A DNA stretch of 56,761 bases from Phoronis australis (GCA_002633005.1 NMRA01000002.1:2741365-2798125); one strand, 5' to 3'. Counted from the stretch's first letter, positions 13,850-27,515 are shown. Numbers and translations are program-made. Notes: a model not told the origin generated them from the sequence alone.

Positions 13850-15900
13850 AATGTGAAAACTGTGTTGTATGTTCATGAGTCCCGACAACCATTCCCCAAC
13901 CATTGTGTGTCCGTGGGTATGTTTTTACGCGATGCAAACATAAAAATGATCTTTCTGCTTCTAAGGAGCCCGTCGACAAAGTGCAAGCGACAATCAAAAA
14001 GGTACGGAAATTAGAAAATGTTTGAGCCAGGTGCATGCTCTAGAGATTCAGAAAGATTGAGACCTTCTGATGAACAGTTCTCCATGCCTCTCCAGTATCG
14101 CTGTGTTCTCAAGTCATAGAGACGCAGGATTGCGCAAGTCGCCTTCCACAAATTCCACGTCCTCAATAATTTCCGTCACTTCAGCATCAACTGTAAACGC
14201 TGGTACTAGTTTGGATAGTTCGATTCATTTTTTACGTATTTCGACAAATCTCCAATCAAACTGAACGTTAAGTGGTCAACAAGTATCATGGCCACAAAGT
14301 AGTATTCCTACAGTGGCTGTAAAAGGACGAGACGGTAACTTCTTCTACGTTGCTAACTCTGTCCATAGACTTATTGTGTCTTTCGATAAACTTATTAACT
14401 CTATCGAAAGACTTTCTATTTCTATCGATATACTTACTAAGTCTTTCGATAGACTTACTGTCTCTATCGATAGACTTTCTTCTCTATCGATAGACTTATT
14501 ATTTTTATGGACAGACTTATAAGTCTATCGAAAGAGCTAGTATGTCTATCGATCGCCTAGAGTTAGTTAATAAATCTATCGATTGAGATAGCGTCTATCG
14601 ATAGAGATGGTGTCTATCGATACAGTTAGTAAGTCTATCGATAGAGTTAGTATGTCTACTGATAGAGTTTAAAGTCTACTTATAGAGACAGAAGTCTATC
14701 GATAGGGTTAGCAAAAGAGAAAAAAAAAGATGCCGTGACGTCCTTTTACATCCGCTGACCTTTGCAGAACTACCACGCGCATTATCGCGTTGCATTTGTC
14801 TGGTTTACTTTGGTGCTCTTACCGCTTTTCGGCTGACGTCGTCAAATCGGTGGTCAAGCTCGTCCTCAATTTAGATAGTTTTATGTTTTTCGTCCGCTTC
14901 TTGCGTTCATCAATCATCCCATGTATGAATGTCTGTCTTCTGGATTTTAGTTGACGTTGGGCAACATACTTCCGGTGACTACTAATGCAAGTATGCGTTG
15001 GAACGACAAAAGACTTGTCAACATGCCTTCGGCATTCCTTCTCCTTTCATGATCCCAAATCGTTCTTTAATTGCCATACGTCTGCGTTTCATGTGGGATC
15101 CAATACGGCTCCAAAATTACATTCCCGGAGATATCCGTACATATCATAAGACATCAAAACACGCATTAAGTTCGACCGAGCGGGTTATGGACAGGCCGTC
15201 ATTTTTTCTTTTCATCTCATTTGCATTCTTTTCAAGGACAGGTTCTAGAAAACGTTGTTTTGGAGATGTGTCGAAGAATTCGAAAACTGCAAGCAGTGTA
15301 TCAATCACGTTGCGCGTGTCGGCTATGATAGAGGCGCCAGCAATGCCGAGATTGAGAATATGATTGTTGAAATAATTGTATATCGCCCAGTTGGGATGAT
15401 TCGTGTATGAACACCAACGCTTTCTGAAGACCTACATGACGTACGATCATGGTTCGGGCCACTAGCGTTCCGAATGAATTAATGATGATATCAGCGATTG
15501 CTCCGCCTGACGTTATTTCCAATAGAAAAACGCCCAAATTATCTTTCCATTTTGACCTTTCTCAAGCTCATTGGCAAGATCTCCTGGTTGTTGCGGGGAT
15601 CCGTCACCTCATCGGCAATTATCGAGAAAAAAGAATTTTCATCATCGAGGCCAGATGTAAACTACCTGTGATTATACTCAACTGCTAAAGCGATCACTTC
15701 ATTCTGTATGGTTTTTGATTTACATTAGCATTCTGTTTTTTCCCGATCCGATCTGCTCTTGAAATATTTTTCGTGCCTGGACAATATTTTTAATAATGCC
15801 CAAAAACTCGACTTGAAGACGTGCTTGTAGAGTCATCTTTGCTTCCACGGAGCGACAAATTGTGTTTCCTATGCAGCACCACGGCTTAAATAATAGTTTT
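13850..15900 (-). pseudogene. hAT-superfamily transposase remnant (DUF4371 region plus C-terminal dimerisation domain; THAP12/ZMYM1-like)
   Basis: Frameshifted motifs in the right order on the minus strand: HNLSLRGSKDD, SKTIQNEVI, FFSIIADEVTD (first catalytic D, about 15600-15630), NNHILNLGIA (decayed CxxH), FFDTSPKQR, TRSVE (decayed TRW), and FSNFRTFLIVACTL...EAERSF..L.RVKTY (dimerisation domain). Split by an insertion at 14311-14757. Confidence 0.9.
14311..14757. mobile_element. Foldback-like element built of TCTATCGATAGA modules (copy 1)
   Basis: TIRs CAGTGGCTGTAAAAGGACGAGACGG and CCGTGACGTCCTTTTACATCCGCTG. The left arm has ~21-bp units (TCTATCGATAGACTTACT) and the right arm has their reverse complements (AGTAAGTCTATCGATAGA). 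Confidence 0.85.
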
Positions 15901-18189
15901 CAGCACGTGACTTTTTCTGACTAGCTTTGTTTATCATATACGATAGTTATGTTTGATGTTGTTTTTGGTGCTGTTACATCAAAACCATCTGTGTTACCGG
16001 GGGCATAATTTTCTGGAGGTGTGGGGTGTCGGGGGTGTGACACCACCAATAATTGTCTATTTGCTGGCAGGACAAAAGAGAAAAAGTTGCTCAAAGAAAA
16101 GAAAAGTTGGCTACAGAACGCCTGCTAAAATATCTAAATTTTGTTAAATTCGTTACATCATATCCCAGAAATGGCTGTTCAGATTTATATGAAGCTCTCA
16201 GATACCATGCTTTATGGACTTTCTTACAAAACTCTACTATGTAGGAATTGTTTTTAAAATATTCCACTATTGCATGAGGGGCTGTAAAAAACAGGACTTT
16301 CATGATTTTCATGAAAACAATTTAACAACGTTTTTGAGGTCTTTTCTTGGACATCTCTATCAAATATAATTTGATCATGTTATTGAATGTACCTTTCTTT
16401 TTGCGAAATTTGACTAAGAAGACACGGTCACGTGACTCAATAGCACATTGGTTAAAAACGAAATTCTATAGACTTTCTACTTTCAAAAAATGTATACTTT
16501 TACTGAGTTGAAATCTATAGTTTAGAAGATATTTGTTAGACTTGTCAATAAGGTCCTACTTAACCTTCAATCTGGTCTAATACCTTGGGAAATTGGGAGA
16601 GCAAAACTGCGAGAGTGACGTCAAAAGAGTCAACCCAAAAGAACAATCTGTAAGAGTTAAGTGCCAACCATAACATAATTATTTTCAATAAAACACGCTA
16701 TCAAGTAATTGGTCATCTTGCGAGAACCGTTGTCATGGCAGTAATGAAAATATCAATGTACTTTCACAGCTCAAGAGTGTTGTTGACGAAAATCTTGTTG
16801 AGATACTATTGAGATGCAAAGAAAAGAGCTGATCAAAGGTAGTACCATATCCTATTTAGACGGAATTGAGTTTGTCGGCGATAGTTCGCTACCTAGGTCC
16901 GTGTATTGTTATTCCATGCCAGGTTTCAGTGCCAATAGCATTGAAGTCTAACTGTGATGCCGTATGTGGGCCTAATATTTTGATTGACGGGACATGGTAA
17001 GGTCGTACTAAACAGGTTTCCTTTGTGTCCCCGTGTAAGGTGAACTGAGAAGCGGTTTATTTCTTTCTGCAACAAAACCAGAAAATATGAATCCCATGCA
17101 GTTACTTTCATCCCAAAACCACGACTCGCATACGTCTATACAGTAACCAGCAGATACGCATTCAGAATCCCAAAACACTCTTGGGCCCGGGGTCAAATCT
17201 TCGTACTCAACAATGCAATTATTTTTTACCTTTTTCCTTTTATTTTTTATATTAACTCAAGATATCTGTTTACTGATCTGTGCTTGAGTGTACCGTGGTT
17301 TATGTGAGTTTCCAGTCCAAGTTCACACTTGATAACCTCTAGATTCGACCAACAAACTCTAGTAAAAACTCGAGATTTCGAGTTCAGACTTGATCTCATG
17401 AAATTAATAACGGGATCACCAAGTGCAATAGGGCTAGACAGTCATCAGCGTAAACCAAAGTGTACTCGAACACAGAATAATAGATACTTCTCTTGAGTTC
17501 GCTTAGGTAGACTGGAAAGCATCAAACATATTTTCTTGTTCGATTTCGAGTACACGATCTGGGCCAGATTCCAGAAACTGGATACTCAATAGATGATAAT
17601 ATGAAAAGGCTGGGGAGTGTCTGAATTTCCAGTCAGGAAGTGGTAGAGTGTTCAACAAGTCACGATTGAAGTAAAAGAGATCGAGGGGCAACAAACTGCA
17701 CGTTTATCAAAATTGGGTTAAAAAATTAAACAAATACCACTCGTTGGCACCGGGGCAAGTATCACATCACTGGCCAATCAGATGATTCACTGACATTGTC
17801 AACAGAAGTGTTAAGAAATAAAACTAGGTTTCAGCGTCAATGTGACCTGGCATTTCGACTGTAGGTTGTAGGTTTCATGTTGCAATGTCGCACGTTCGTT
17901 GAAAATTCCGTGAATTTTTAACTTTTGGTAAATAACAAGAACTGAATTTTTAGATAACTAGATACGATGTTTGTAAAAAGATAATTTTACTTGAAATCCA
18001 AGCTTTCTCAAAATGGACGTCACATGAATTCAGTGCCATTTTATCCTATGCAATGTTATTTTAAAACTGTAAATTTCGTGAAAGCTTACGAAGCCTGACA
18101 TGAAATTGTGGTTGGCATGAGTACGAACGAAGCAGATCTGATAGTGCCTTGTCCAAAGAATGCATACGCCTTGAACTAATGCTTAGCAG

Positions 18190-19900
18190 TAAGACGGAAA
18201 TAGTCCAATACGCATGCTTACTTCGAAAATGTTGACTGTCAAGAAGCGGTCGTGGATTATGTTCTATTCGATACGTGCAACAGAACAACACGCGTGCCTG
18301 GAGATAGTAGCATGGGATGTTAGACACCAGCAGACTTGGATACCAAGGTTGGCCCTGCCGTGCGGCAGTCACTAGTATCACCTTTCCTTCGGTCTTCCGT
18401 ACTTTGGCCAGGCACCTGGTGTTCAAACAAAACGGAGGGGAGGCGAACGTGTCATACGTCTTGCATCCACCGTTGTCGCATATGGGTCTGGTTTCCAGCT
18501 GATAAAACGCATGACTTGTGCTGTCAATCTGTCTTCGAACAGGTTTATCTGGATCGGACCTCGGCTTTGTCGAGCTGTTGAAAAAGTTGTAGAGACAACA
18601 TTACTGCAGTATGATCCGCAAATATCCTCAACTGCTAGTGCGTTGTTTGGTTTTTTTACGTCAGGAAGTTGTTCAGCAGCAATCATGATCGGACGAGATA
18701 GACAACAGTGCCACAGTTCCCGAGTGACTTGGAACAGGTCTCGGGAACGAGAGCCTCTTAACTTGTTTATCTGGTCCACCGTCACCATGTTGATTGACGG
18801 GATATGTTGTCCATGCGCAAATGCACATGGATGTCGTGCGCATCCTTCGTGTATGATCGCCGCCGTGAGTTCCAAAACATCAATGAGAGATACTTTCTCT
18901 TGTGAAGGCCACTGCCCTTGGATGGTGACACTATTTTATTTTGCACCTCAGCCGATTTTGGGGTGTCTGTGATGATTATCAAGTAGGGTGCTGGGGTGAT
19001 TATAGTCCATTCGTTCCACTAGCTGAGGTAGTGAGTTCACCAGCACAGTTTTTCTTTGCATGCAATAGAGAGAGATGGACTCGTTGTTTCACTTCTCGGT
19101 CAGCAACGCTTTTGATTTTTGCATCTGGATGTAGACGCGCTGCAAGAACTGCCCAGATTGATGCTCTTAGAGCTCCAGACCTATAAATTTGGAGAACTCA
19201 CGCACTATTTTTTCTTGCTATGTCAGCATTGGTTCGAACTTTTCTTGAATGCTTCACTCCTTGTCTTGAGGGAGCGTTAGTGTCATGCAAATAGCATATT
19301 GGAAAACCAAGGTATTCCACAGTTTGACTCGGGTTTAGCTGTGTCTTTTTCCATTTGAAACAGCTACATAATGGAATTTCGTTCTGTGATCAAACGATCC
19401 TTTGACTAGTTGAGAACGATTATGTCATCTAGATAGATTACCAAACGACGAAAGTTCAGAAAAGACCGTTTTATGAACACAAAGTCGGATTTTGGTCTTT
19501 GGTCTTAACTTAGACAGAACTTAAGTCGATTTTTAACATGCTTGTGGATGGGCATACAAACTACACTCTCGCCAGTTGTTGCGAATTCCCAAAACTAAGC
19601 GAGACCGCGGTATGTGACATGTGGTTTCGAGAAAATCTTGGTCTTTCAACTCTGAATGACGATATATATACAACATTTGGATGCAATTGGGACTCGTTCA
19701 CGTGAGAATACCGTGGGATGGCTGGAAAATGTCATTTTACATGTGCAGGAAGTTTTGCAGCATTGTGTCCACGAGTCTACGATGCTTTGCCGGTTCCTGA
19801 GTCGAAAGAAGACGATCTTCAATTTGAGATTGTTAAGGGACGTTATATTGTGAAGAGAATCGATGTTATTTGTTGCTCAACAGTTCACAGATTTTGGTCT
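18190..19900 (-). mobile_element. DIRS-type retrotransposon pol remnant (RT, RNase H, methyltransferase-like domain)
   Basis: Minus strand, in order: CMPIHKH..RLKF, RLVIYLDDIIVL (about 19410-19450), WKKTQLNPSQTVEYLGF, RNase H (INVLELTAA, VHLRMDNI, INKLRGSRS..L), then INLFEDRLTAQVMRFISWKPDPYATTVDA and ILVTA....QPWYPSLL, all typical of DIRS1/Ngaro pol. Many stops and frameshifts. Confidence 0.88.
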
Positions 19901-21339
19901 AAGAACAAAAGCGTGTCATTAAACAGGCATGGACATGGTTCCCATTGCAGAACTATGCCAGTAAAGGCCTTGGCCCCACTGTATTGTGTAAAGCACCTGT
20001 GTACGAAGTGAGCTTGTCCATCGGACAATTGCCACTTCCTCTGTTATGTGCTACACAGGGGATCAAATCTATCAGGTAGGAAAGAGTCCAAAGGCTCTTA
20101 CACATTTCATTCCAGAAGTGTAGATTAAATCTGTCATTTTCAATTACACTTTTCCATTTGTCTGAAGGGTACCTGTGTTCGTGCCAAAAATTTCCCACTC
20201 AACAAGGATGTGCTCTGAAAAATCGGGAGACTTTCGTATCCGGGTAGAACAGAACAGAATCCGAATTTCTGGACTTCATTTTCTCAAAACAGCCTCAAGG
20301 AACCACAGAATACCATTTGTGTCAATCGCTTCCCGTGTACTCGTCAAAATTGACATTAAACTTGTCCATTTCATCTTTTTCATTTTGGGCGAACTACAAA
20401 GGTCCTGAATGAAAAGGCCCCAGCCGTGGCATAAGACCTTAAAAATAAGAAGAATGCCAACCTGTTGAATAAAAGTTTCTTACACTTGACTTGATATAAA
20501 TCTATAACAACAAAACTCACAATTGATTTTTAAGGAAATTTTGCCCAAATATATCAATGGCTATTGTTTAGCAAAACCCAGACACTCTGAGTAAATTACT
20601 TTGAAGAGAATCAAGCGTCGATGAATTACAGGGACACAGGGAATCTTAATGCAACAAACTCTGAATTATACCACTCACTTGGAATAATGTTTATAGTATT
20701 AAAGTGAATTTCCTGGCTACAAAGTAGTCGAACACTAAGCGCCAACAACAGCCCGGCGTGTGTTTGCTACCCCCATGCAGTCGAACTAACATTTACATAT
20801 AGCAGCTGATGAGACAAGGGAATTTAACAGTTGTTCTTGCTTAAACTGTGTGTATATTCTCCAGATAATGGAGTACTCGTCCACCCACATGTCCGTTTTA
20901 CTTTTAGAGCTTGGGCTTGGTAAAATCAAAAACTAAGGAAACACGGAGTACTATCTCACTTCGTGTTGTTTAGTTCATGGCGCCATGGCTATTTGTCGTT
21001 TTTTTTTAATATGACGCGTTATTTCGTTTTTTGGAGTTAAATAGATTCTGTTGGTCTTTCATCGCACAAGCCAGCTTTTGGACCTAGACAGAAAGAAATC
21101 CTGACCGTCCGACAAGCAGGGTAGGTGTTTTGTCGCCAGGAGGCGTAAAATGTCCAAGAGACGAGCTGGTACAGGCCGTAGCATTAGTAAAAAAGACACA
21201 GCTCAAAAAAGGCCAAGCAATCTCTAATATGTGCGGTGATAGGGGTGATAGAGCTTTTCGACATCAGCCACAGTCAGCAGTAGTGGCAACGAAAGATTGC
21301 AGTAGTTTAAAGAAGTACGTAGGTTGCGTCTGGCATAAT

Positions 21340-21650
21340 CTAAGGCAAGGGATATTACTTACCTAATGGACACTAAAATTCTACAGAATACTTTGCCTTA
21401 CAGACTTAAGCCATTTGCTGAAAGGGAAAAAAGAAGAGATGAGCCATCGTTAAATGAGAATTTCATTGTCAACATGGGAAAGATGACCGAAGTGATCATA
21501 GATATGCATACGATATCATATCCTAATTCAAAATTAATGATTGATATGAACAGAAGTGTGGATTTGTGTGGATACGCTTCAGTATATTATACAGCATGTC
21601 AATACAGATCTGGCACTATGACAATCTCGAACCATAAGTCAAACTTTTTA
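21340..21650 (+). pseudogene. Fragment of a Mutator-like/Kolobok-type transposase N-terminus
   Basis: 'YRLKP...NENFIVNMGKMTEVI..H.....P.......R...LC....V...ACQYRS' resembles my recollection of the N-terminal Zn-binding part of invertebrate Mutator-like transposases. Truncated. Confidence 0.45.
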
Positions 21651-23182
21651 TCAACTGTCGCAATTATCTTTTTGACACGTAATTAAATGTAGTTCCACCA
21701 GCAAAATCAAGGACCACCAATGGACTTCGACTTATTGGAAAACAATGAACTTTCATTGAATTACTGTGTCCCTCGTTCTGCCTCACCATCAAAATATTTG
21801 GCTTTTAGAGACACGGCGAAATTAAGTATCGGCCTATATTATGGTGATTTTCCACGCATTGTAGACCTTTCTTCCCGTTCGACTATGACGAGATTTTCTA
21901 CAGTAACAACCTGTTATCCCCAAAGCCCTCTGAACATCCAGACATGCACGTTTGCATTGCCTACTGAACCTGTCTATTGTACATGTATGGGGATATCCTG
22001 AACTATTGAAAGGAAAATGCAATCAACAGTCAGCAAGTCAAAGTCTTACGGATGCCATTTAAAGTTGTTGTGATTTCATTTGACAGTTTTTAAAATCTAT
22101 TATCTAAATCTGTGGGTTTTTTTTGTTGCTGAAAAACGTCGTGAAGGTCATTTTCTCGAAATTTCACGTTTAAAGCTTGTGTAAGTTAAGCCCCAGTTGT
22201 TTACCACTGTTCCTGACTAGAAAAGATCACATTTAATGAAGTCTCGCAAGCTCTAACAATAGATCAACCCACGAGGGATTGGAAATGAAGACGTTTGATG
22301 TTGTGACATAACGCTTTCCTAGTGCTTGTGTAAAAATTCACTGATTCCTATAGAAATGTGAGCAAAATGCTTAACTGAAGACTGGTGTTAAAAATAAAAC
22401 AAACAAAAGCGTTTTATTAATGCCAACAAATAAAACAAAAAAACTCTGTCAGGGTGTTTTCTGGTGTTGAGGTACCCCTGTTTTCCCTTCCGATTAAAAA
22501 CGGGTGTTGTGGTGGACGTTTCAACCATACGTCCGGCTTTATGTCCCGATAGCCGGCTTTTTCAATCTAAATGTACCGTTTAATCATTCTCGAATGTTGG
22601 CAACTATGCAATACTGCTGCGAAGGCTACAATCATGGTGGAAGTGTCGGGGGCGGATGCAAACGAGATCCTCGGTGGATGCCCCAGGCAAAGGTAACAAT
22701 GTTCAATTCCAGGACGAGGCAAAAATGGACTTTCGATGGCCTCTTAGGCGTTAGACGCCTCCGGATTGTCAATAAATCAGTGAGGCGAAGACAACGATCT
22801 GCCCATCGAGACCTGGGGTGAGGACTTCCTACTGGGGCAAGGACACTAACGCAAACTGCCGATGGTATTGGATTGTCCAGATTATACTGATCACGAGGTC
22901 TAAGACACAATTTACTGCCAATTGATTACTAGAACGAGGATAAAATGGAACATTATGGGATTGCATAGGATAGAACAGACAGATGGCTTCCAGCGAGAGG
23001 TCAAACGTGGACCACCGAGGTCGGCTGGAGGGAAGACAAAAGTGGACAGTCGTAGGCGGCTACTGGGTTCCTCAGCCACGGGACTAGAGGGACGAAGATG
23101 AAGCACAAAGTGAACCAGACCAATGTGCGTATTTGTACAAGTCAGCAATAATTGGTAACAGTTGTTCAGACGATAGTTCGCC

Positions 23183-23317
23183 ATGCACTGTTACGATGGA
23201 AGAGTGCTTGTTTTGATAGATGCAAGTTGATTATTAAAATCGTATGAACAATTTAGTCGATATCCTAAATTCAACTTGTAATGCACTGTTACAATGGAAG
23301 AGTGCTTGTTTTGATAG
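23183..23317 (+). repeat. 37-bp direct repeat pair
   Basis: ATGCACTGTTAC(G/A)ATGGAAGAGTGCTTGTTTTGATAG at 23183 and 23281, one mismatch. Confidence 0.85.
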
Positions 23318-24574
23318 CTACATATTAATGATGAAAGGTTGCTTGCGGTTAAAGTCAGTTAATTTACTGCTTTGATATCTAATCTCTATCGATTAACAAA
23401 TTTATCGTTCTCTACATTTTGTATTTTATGAAGCGGAAATCACACACGTCAGTTCCTGTTTATCTGCGTAATATCCTGGCGATTTGTTCGGCGAAAGTTA
23501 GTGGAAATGACCTAATAAGTAATAAGCAGAACAATAATTTCCGACTTCGAAATATAAACTATAACGACTAGAGTGGAAAACGAATCTACTGTTGAATAGG
23601 TTGTTTGGAAAAATTCTGGGATATTTTTACGGTCCAAGTTCATAGAGCATTGGAATAAATAAGTTGTGTTGAAAGCCACGAAGAAAATGCAACTGACGTT
23701 CCAGGTATTGTTTTTTCTCAGTGGACAAATAAATGTTGATTAAAACATAATGAAATAATTTAATTTTCGTGGACGTAAGATTTTAGAATGTTTTTCATTT
23801 CAAGTATTGGATATTTTTTCCCGCCATTTCTTCACAGAATCCACGGACGGTTCTATTAAGATTCTCAAACAAAAATCTGCAAACCTGTCGCGAACATCAA
23901 GGGAAATGTCGATGTACTTGTATAAGTCACGCCGGCAAACACAACTTGTATGTTGATTCTGACCCGGATGTGATCAATGAAAGGCTGCGGTTGACACTAC
24001 ACTCTTTCACAGTGCTACATTTCGTAGCACTGTGGGATGTTGTTTCAACTTGGCTTCTCATTGGTTAAAGTAATGAAACCGACGTCATAACATTCAGTAA
24101 TTCCCATTGGTTGAAATCTCGAAAACCATTTTCTGTTTACTGTTACGTGGTATGGCGACTACCTTGGACTTGAATAGTTGCAATTTATTAAAACGGGCAG
24201 TGATCGAGGTAAACAAAATCAAGGACTCCCCGATCCAGCGGCCTAAGCCCAAACAAGTAGGCTACTGTGCATAGAAGGCGTGTGCAAGTATAGTAGCGAT
24301 GCGATCGGTCAACTTCCGACCAAGCATGCGCATTGAGGCCCAAACACACGGAATTTCGTGTGCCGTTCATCATGTATCTACAGAGCCACTTTTCAGTATA
24401 GGTGGCGCTGTGTCAGAAGGTAGGTTGACATGAAGCTTGCGTATGAAGATGGCTTGATGATCGCGTGCATTGCTGAACGCATAACGATGTTTCCCGAAGA
24501 CTTGCGTGATTTTGTATTTTCGCGAGATTCTCGAGTATGCTGAACGTTCTCCTGACGTCTGACCGAAACAACTA

Positions 24575-25192
24575 TCTCATTGTCAGCAAAGGTCCCCGAG
24601 TCTCAAGATAGCGGTGACTGATCGGTTTAGCCATTTGAGGCTAGGTGAGGGGAAATTTTCTTGGCAGGATTCTGCCTTTTTTACGGAAGTCGACGGAATA
24701 TCACGAAAGAAATCATGTTATATCAACTCTGAAATTTGCTATAGCATAATACAAAAAATCAAAATGAGCGGTATTTACATTTGTACACTTTACATTTAGA
24801 TCTATGTAAAATTTACGTTTGTTAATTCAAAAGCAAGACAATTGCTACAGTGCTTTCAATAAAAAATTGGCAATAAGTACGTAAGCACATTTTGTGTCAA
24901 ACAATAACGAAAACATTGTCTTCTGCTTCCGAATCACGAATGGTAGCAACAATAACGCCTAAGAAAACAGTCTGCCTGGCTGACCTGATTTAGTTTCCGG
25001 GAAAAAGTACTCAAATTTATCACATCAAAGAAGTAAGGATAAGATTCTTCAAGAACTGGTATTCAGTCTTGTATCGCTCTTGTCGGTGGTGAATGTCGTC
25101 TGTGGCCAATCAGCGCGCAGAAGGGATGTTTAGTCACCATGCCTCAAGTAGCTAAACCGATCAGCGTAATTTTGAGGTTTGGCAACGAGGCT
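24575..25192. mobile_element. MITE with imperfect TIRs
   Basis: CTGATCGGTTTAGCCATTTGAGGCTAGGTGA (about 24618) pairs with TCACCATGCCTCAAGTAGCTAAACCGATCAG (about 25134-25164). Outer limits are approximate. Confidence 0.65.
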
Positions 25193-26357
25193 ACCTCATT
25201 GTGGCATTGTGGGTATCACAGCAGTTGCTTACCTGATATTTGCGAGGCCATGTTTTTATAAACACACCGATTGTTTACGTTTCAGAAGTTCACTAATTAA
25301 CCGATTTTTTGGGCTTTTGACATTTTGAAGCATTGAGATAATGTTCCGAGGCAGGTAGAGCGAAGTAGAAAACGTAAAAAGGCAGAAAATAAGTAGATTG
25401 ATCTCACTGATAATTCGTTCAAACTGTTGGTGAACTTTCTACATATACCGCGCAACTTGTCGATTAACGCTCATGGTAGTAAACACTGACGGAGTTAATA
25501 ATATAAGCTGTTATGGCGCCCTTTATTTTAACGAGTTGGTCGAAAGCAAAAATGAAACTAACGCGTTATCGACTAAAGGTGGTTTCACACCGGGCCTGCG
25601 TAGAGTCACGTTGTGCTGTGTACACTGAAATTAGGTAGAGTACTCATGAATAAAATGTTCACTGCGCCTAGGTTATGTATTCGGTGTGCCTTGGTTTTAC
25701 TCAGAATCTAACCAAGTCAAGCATTTTGAATAAGTTGCTGGTACTACTGCATAATTATTGAAAATAGACGACCTCATTTTCGATTGTATATTTTTCAATT
25801 GTGGGCAATTGAGCATGCCATCGTCAGTTTTCTTATAAACTGTGAGCTATTTTTATCTCTCATAATAACAGAGCCCTAAACACACAATTTCGATTTCCAG
25901 CTTTTCCAGCTTCAGACCAGCGGTCACCATTTTGCTGGGTTACGCTAGTAAGGTCTTGAGAATACTCGTGAAACGGCTCTTTTGTGATCATGCTTTTCTT
26001 GCCAGTAGTCTAACGAATTATGTACTCCACTAGACAGAGGGTTCTTTTTCTCGAAGAGTCTTTTCACTTTGGGATGAATCTTATATTACTGTTCCTAGGC
26101 AACGGTTATCCCAGTGACTTTGTTGACGCATCCACAAAATTTACACAGTGCTCATAGCCCAGTCTATATGGTCCGGAACAAGAGGACATGCCATTTAATG
26201 GACCGTATTACAAAGACTGTTAGCAGTTATTGCCCGTCTGTTAACCTTGTTGCAGTTTTTAGGCCATGCAATGGCTTAATATAGACTATAATTTTTTCCT
26301 AAGCTTAATGCCGCAATTGGATACATTCGCTATAAAGGGCCACACTTCTTTAAATAT

Positions 26358-27515
26358 TTTTTAAAATACAACTCGTCAACCCATGAAACCATATTTTCCA
26401 AACCTTTGTTGGTCACAGAAATCTACTGTGCGCACAAACATAATGACTTACTATGTACTGTAGTCACGCGATTGTGTACTTCTGAAGAATGCGATTTTCC
26501 AAATTCGTTGCAGGGTAAGTCGCGGCTGCCATTTAGGTGACAAATTTCGCATGAAACTTATCTCTATATTTTGTTAGGTACAATCGGGTATCTGTAAAAA
26601 AAACAGCAAGGCCTAGTTAGACCCACAACCTTGTAGTCAAAAATCAAGACTTAGGGCATTTCGTTTTTTTTTTCAATGAAATAGCCTTGCCGAGATTCTT
26701 GCGCCCACGGAACAGAGCCGCGGTGTCTCGTCTCTGAAACATCGGAACCAGTAAATTCACAAATGCTCATTGTAGAACAGTATTAAAATACTCACATTTT
26801 GAAGAAAACTAGTCAATGTTCACAAATCTATCGTTACAGGAATTCTTGTCTCAGAGTTTTTACCAATTGTCTTTCGGATGATTTACTCTACATACGGTGG
26901 GAAGGTGTCGCTGTTTTGAAAGATTAATGAATGAATNTTTTAAAATACAACTCGTCAACCCATGAAACCATATTTTCCAAACCTTTGATGGTCACAGAAA
27001 TCTACTGTGCGCACAAACATAATGACTTACTATGTGTAGTCCCGCGATTGTGTACTTCTGAAGAATGCGATTTTCCAAATTCGTTGCAGGGTAAGTCGCG
27101 GCTGCCATTTAGGTTACAAATTTCGCATGAAACTTATCTCTATATTTTGTTAGGTACAATCGGGTATCTGTAAAAAAAACAGCAAGGCCTAGTTAGACCC
27201 ACAACCTTGTAGTCAAAAATCAAGACTTAGGGCATTTCGTTTTTTTTTTTTTGAATGAAATAGCCTTGCCGAGATTCTTGCGCCCACGGAACAGAGCCGC
27301 GGTGTCTCGTCTCTGAAACATCGGAACCAGTAAATTCACAAATGCTCATTGTAGAACAGTATTAAAATACTCACATTTTGAAGAAAACTAGTCAATGTTC
27401 ACAAATCTATCGTTACAGGAATTCTTGTCTCAGAGTTTTTACCAATTGTCTTTCGGATGATTTACTCTACATACGGTGGGAAGGTGTCGCTGTTTTGAAA
27501 GATTAATGAATGAAT
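26358..27515 (+). repeat. ~580-bp near-identical tandem duplication flanking a single N (probable assembly artefact)
   Basis: 26358-26936 is repeated at 26938-27515 with a few SNPs and indels. The junction is exactly the N at 26937. Confidence 0.9.

Noticed and set aside
14350-14710. Palindromic TCTATCGATAGA array as CRISPR or iterons
   Set aside because: The spacers are short and repetitive, and the array is enclosed by TIRs in a foldback arrangement.
24392-24412. CTCF-like AGGTGGCGCT motifs (also near 39080 and 47762)
   Set aside because: Partial matches that are expected by chance or within repeats.
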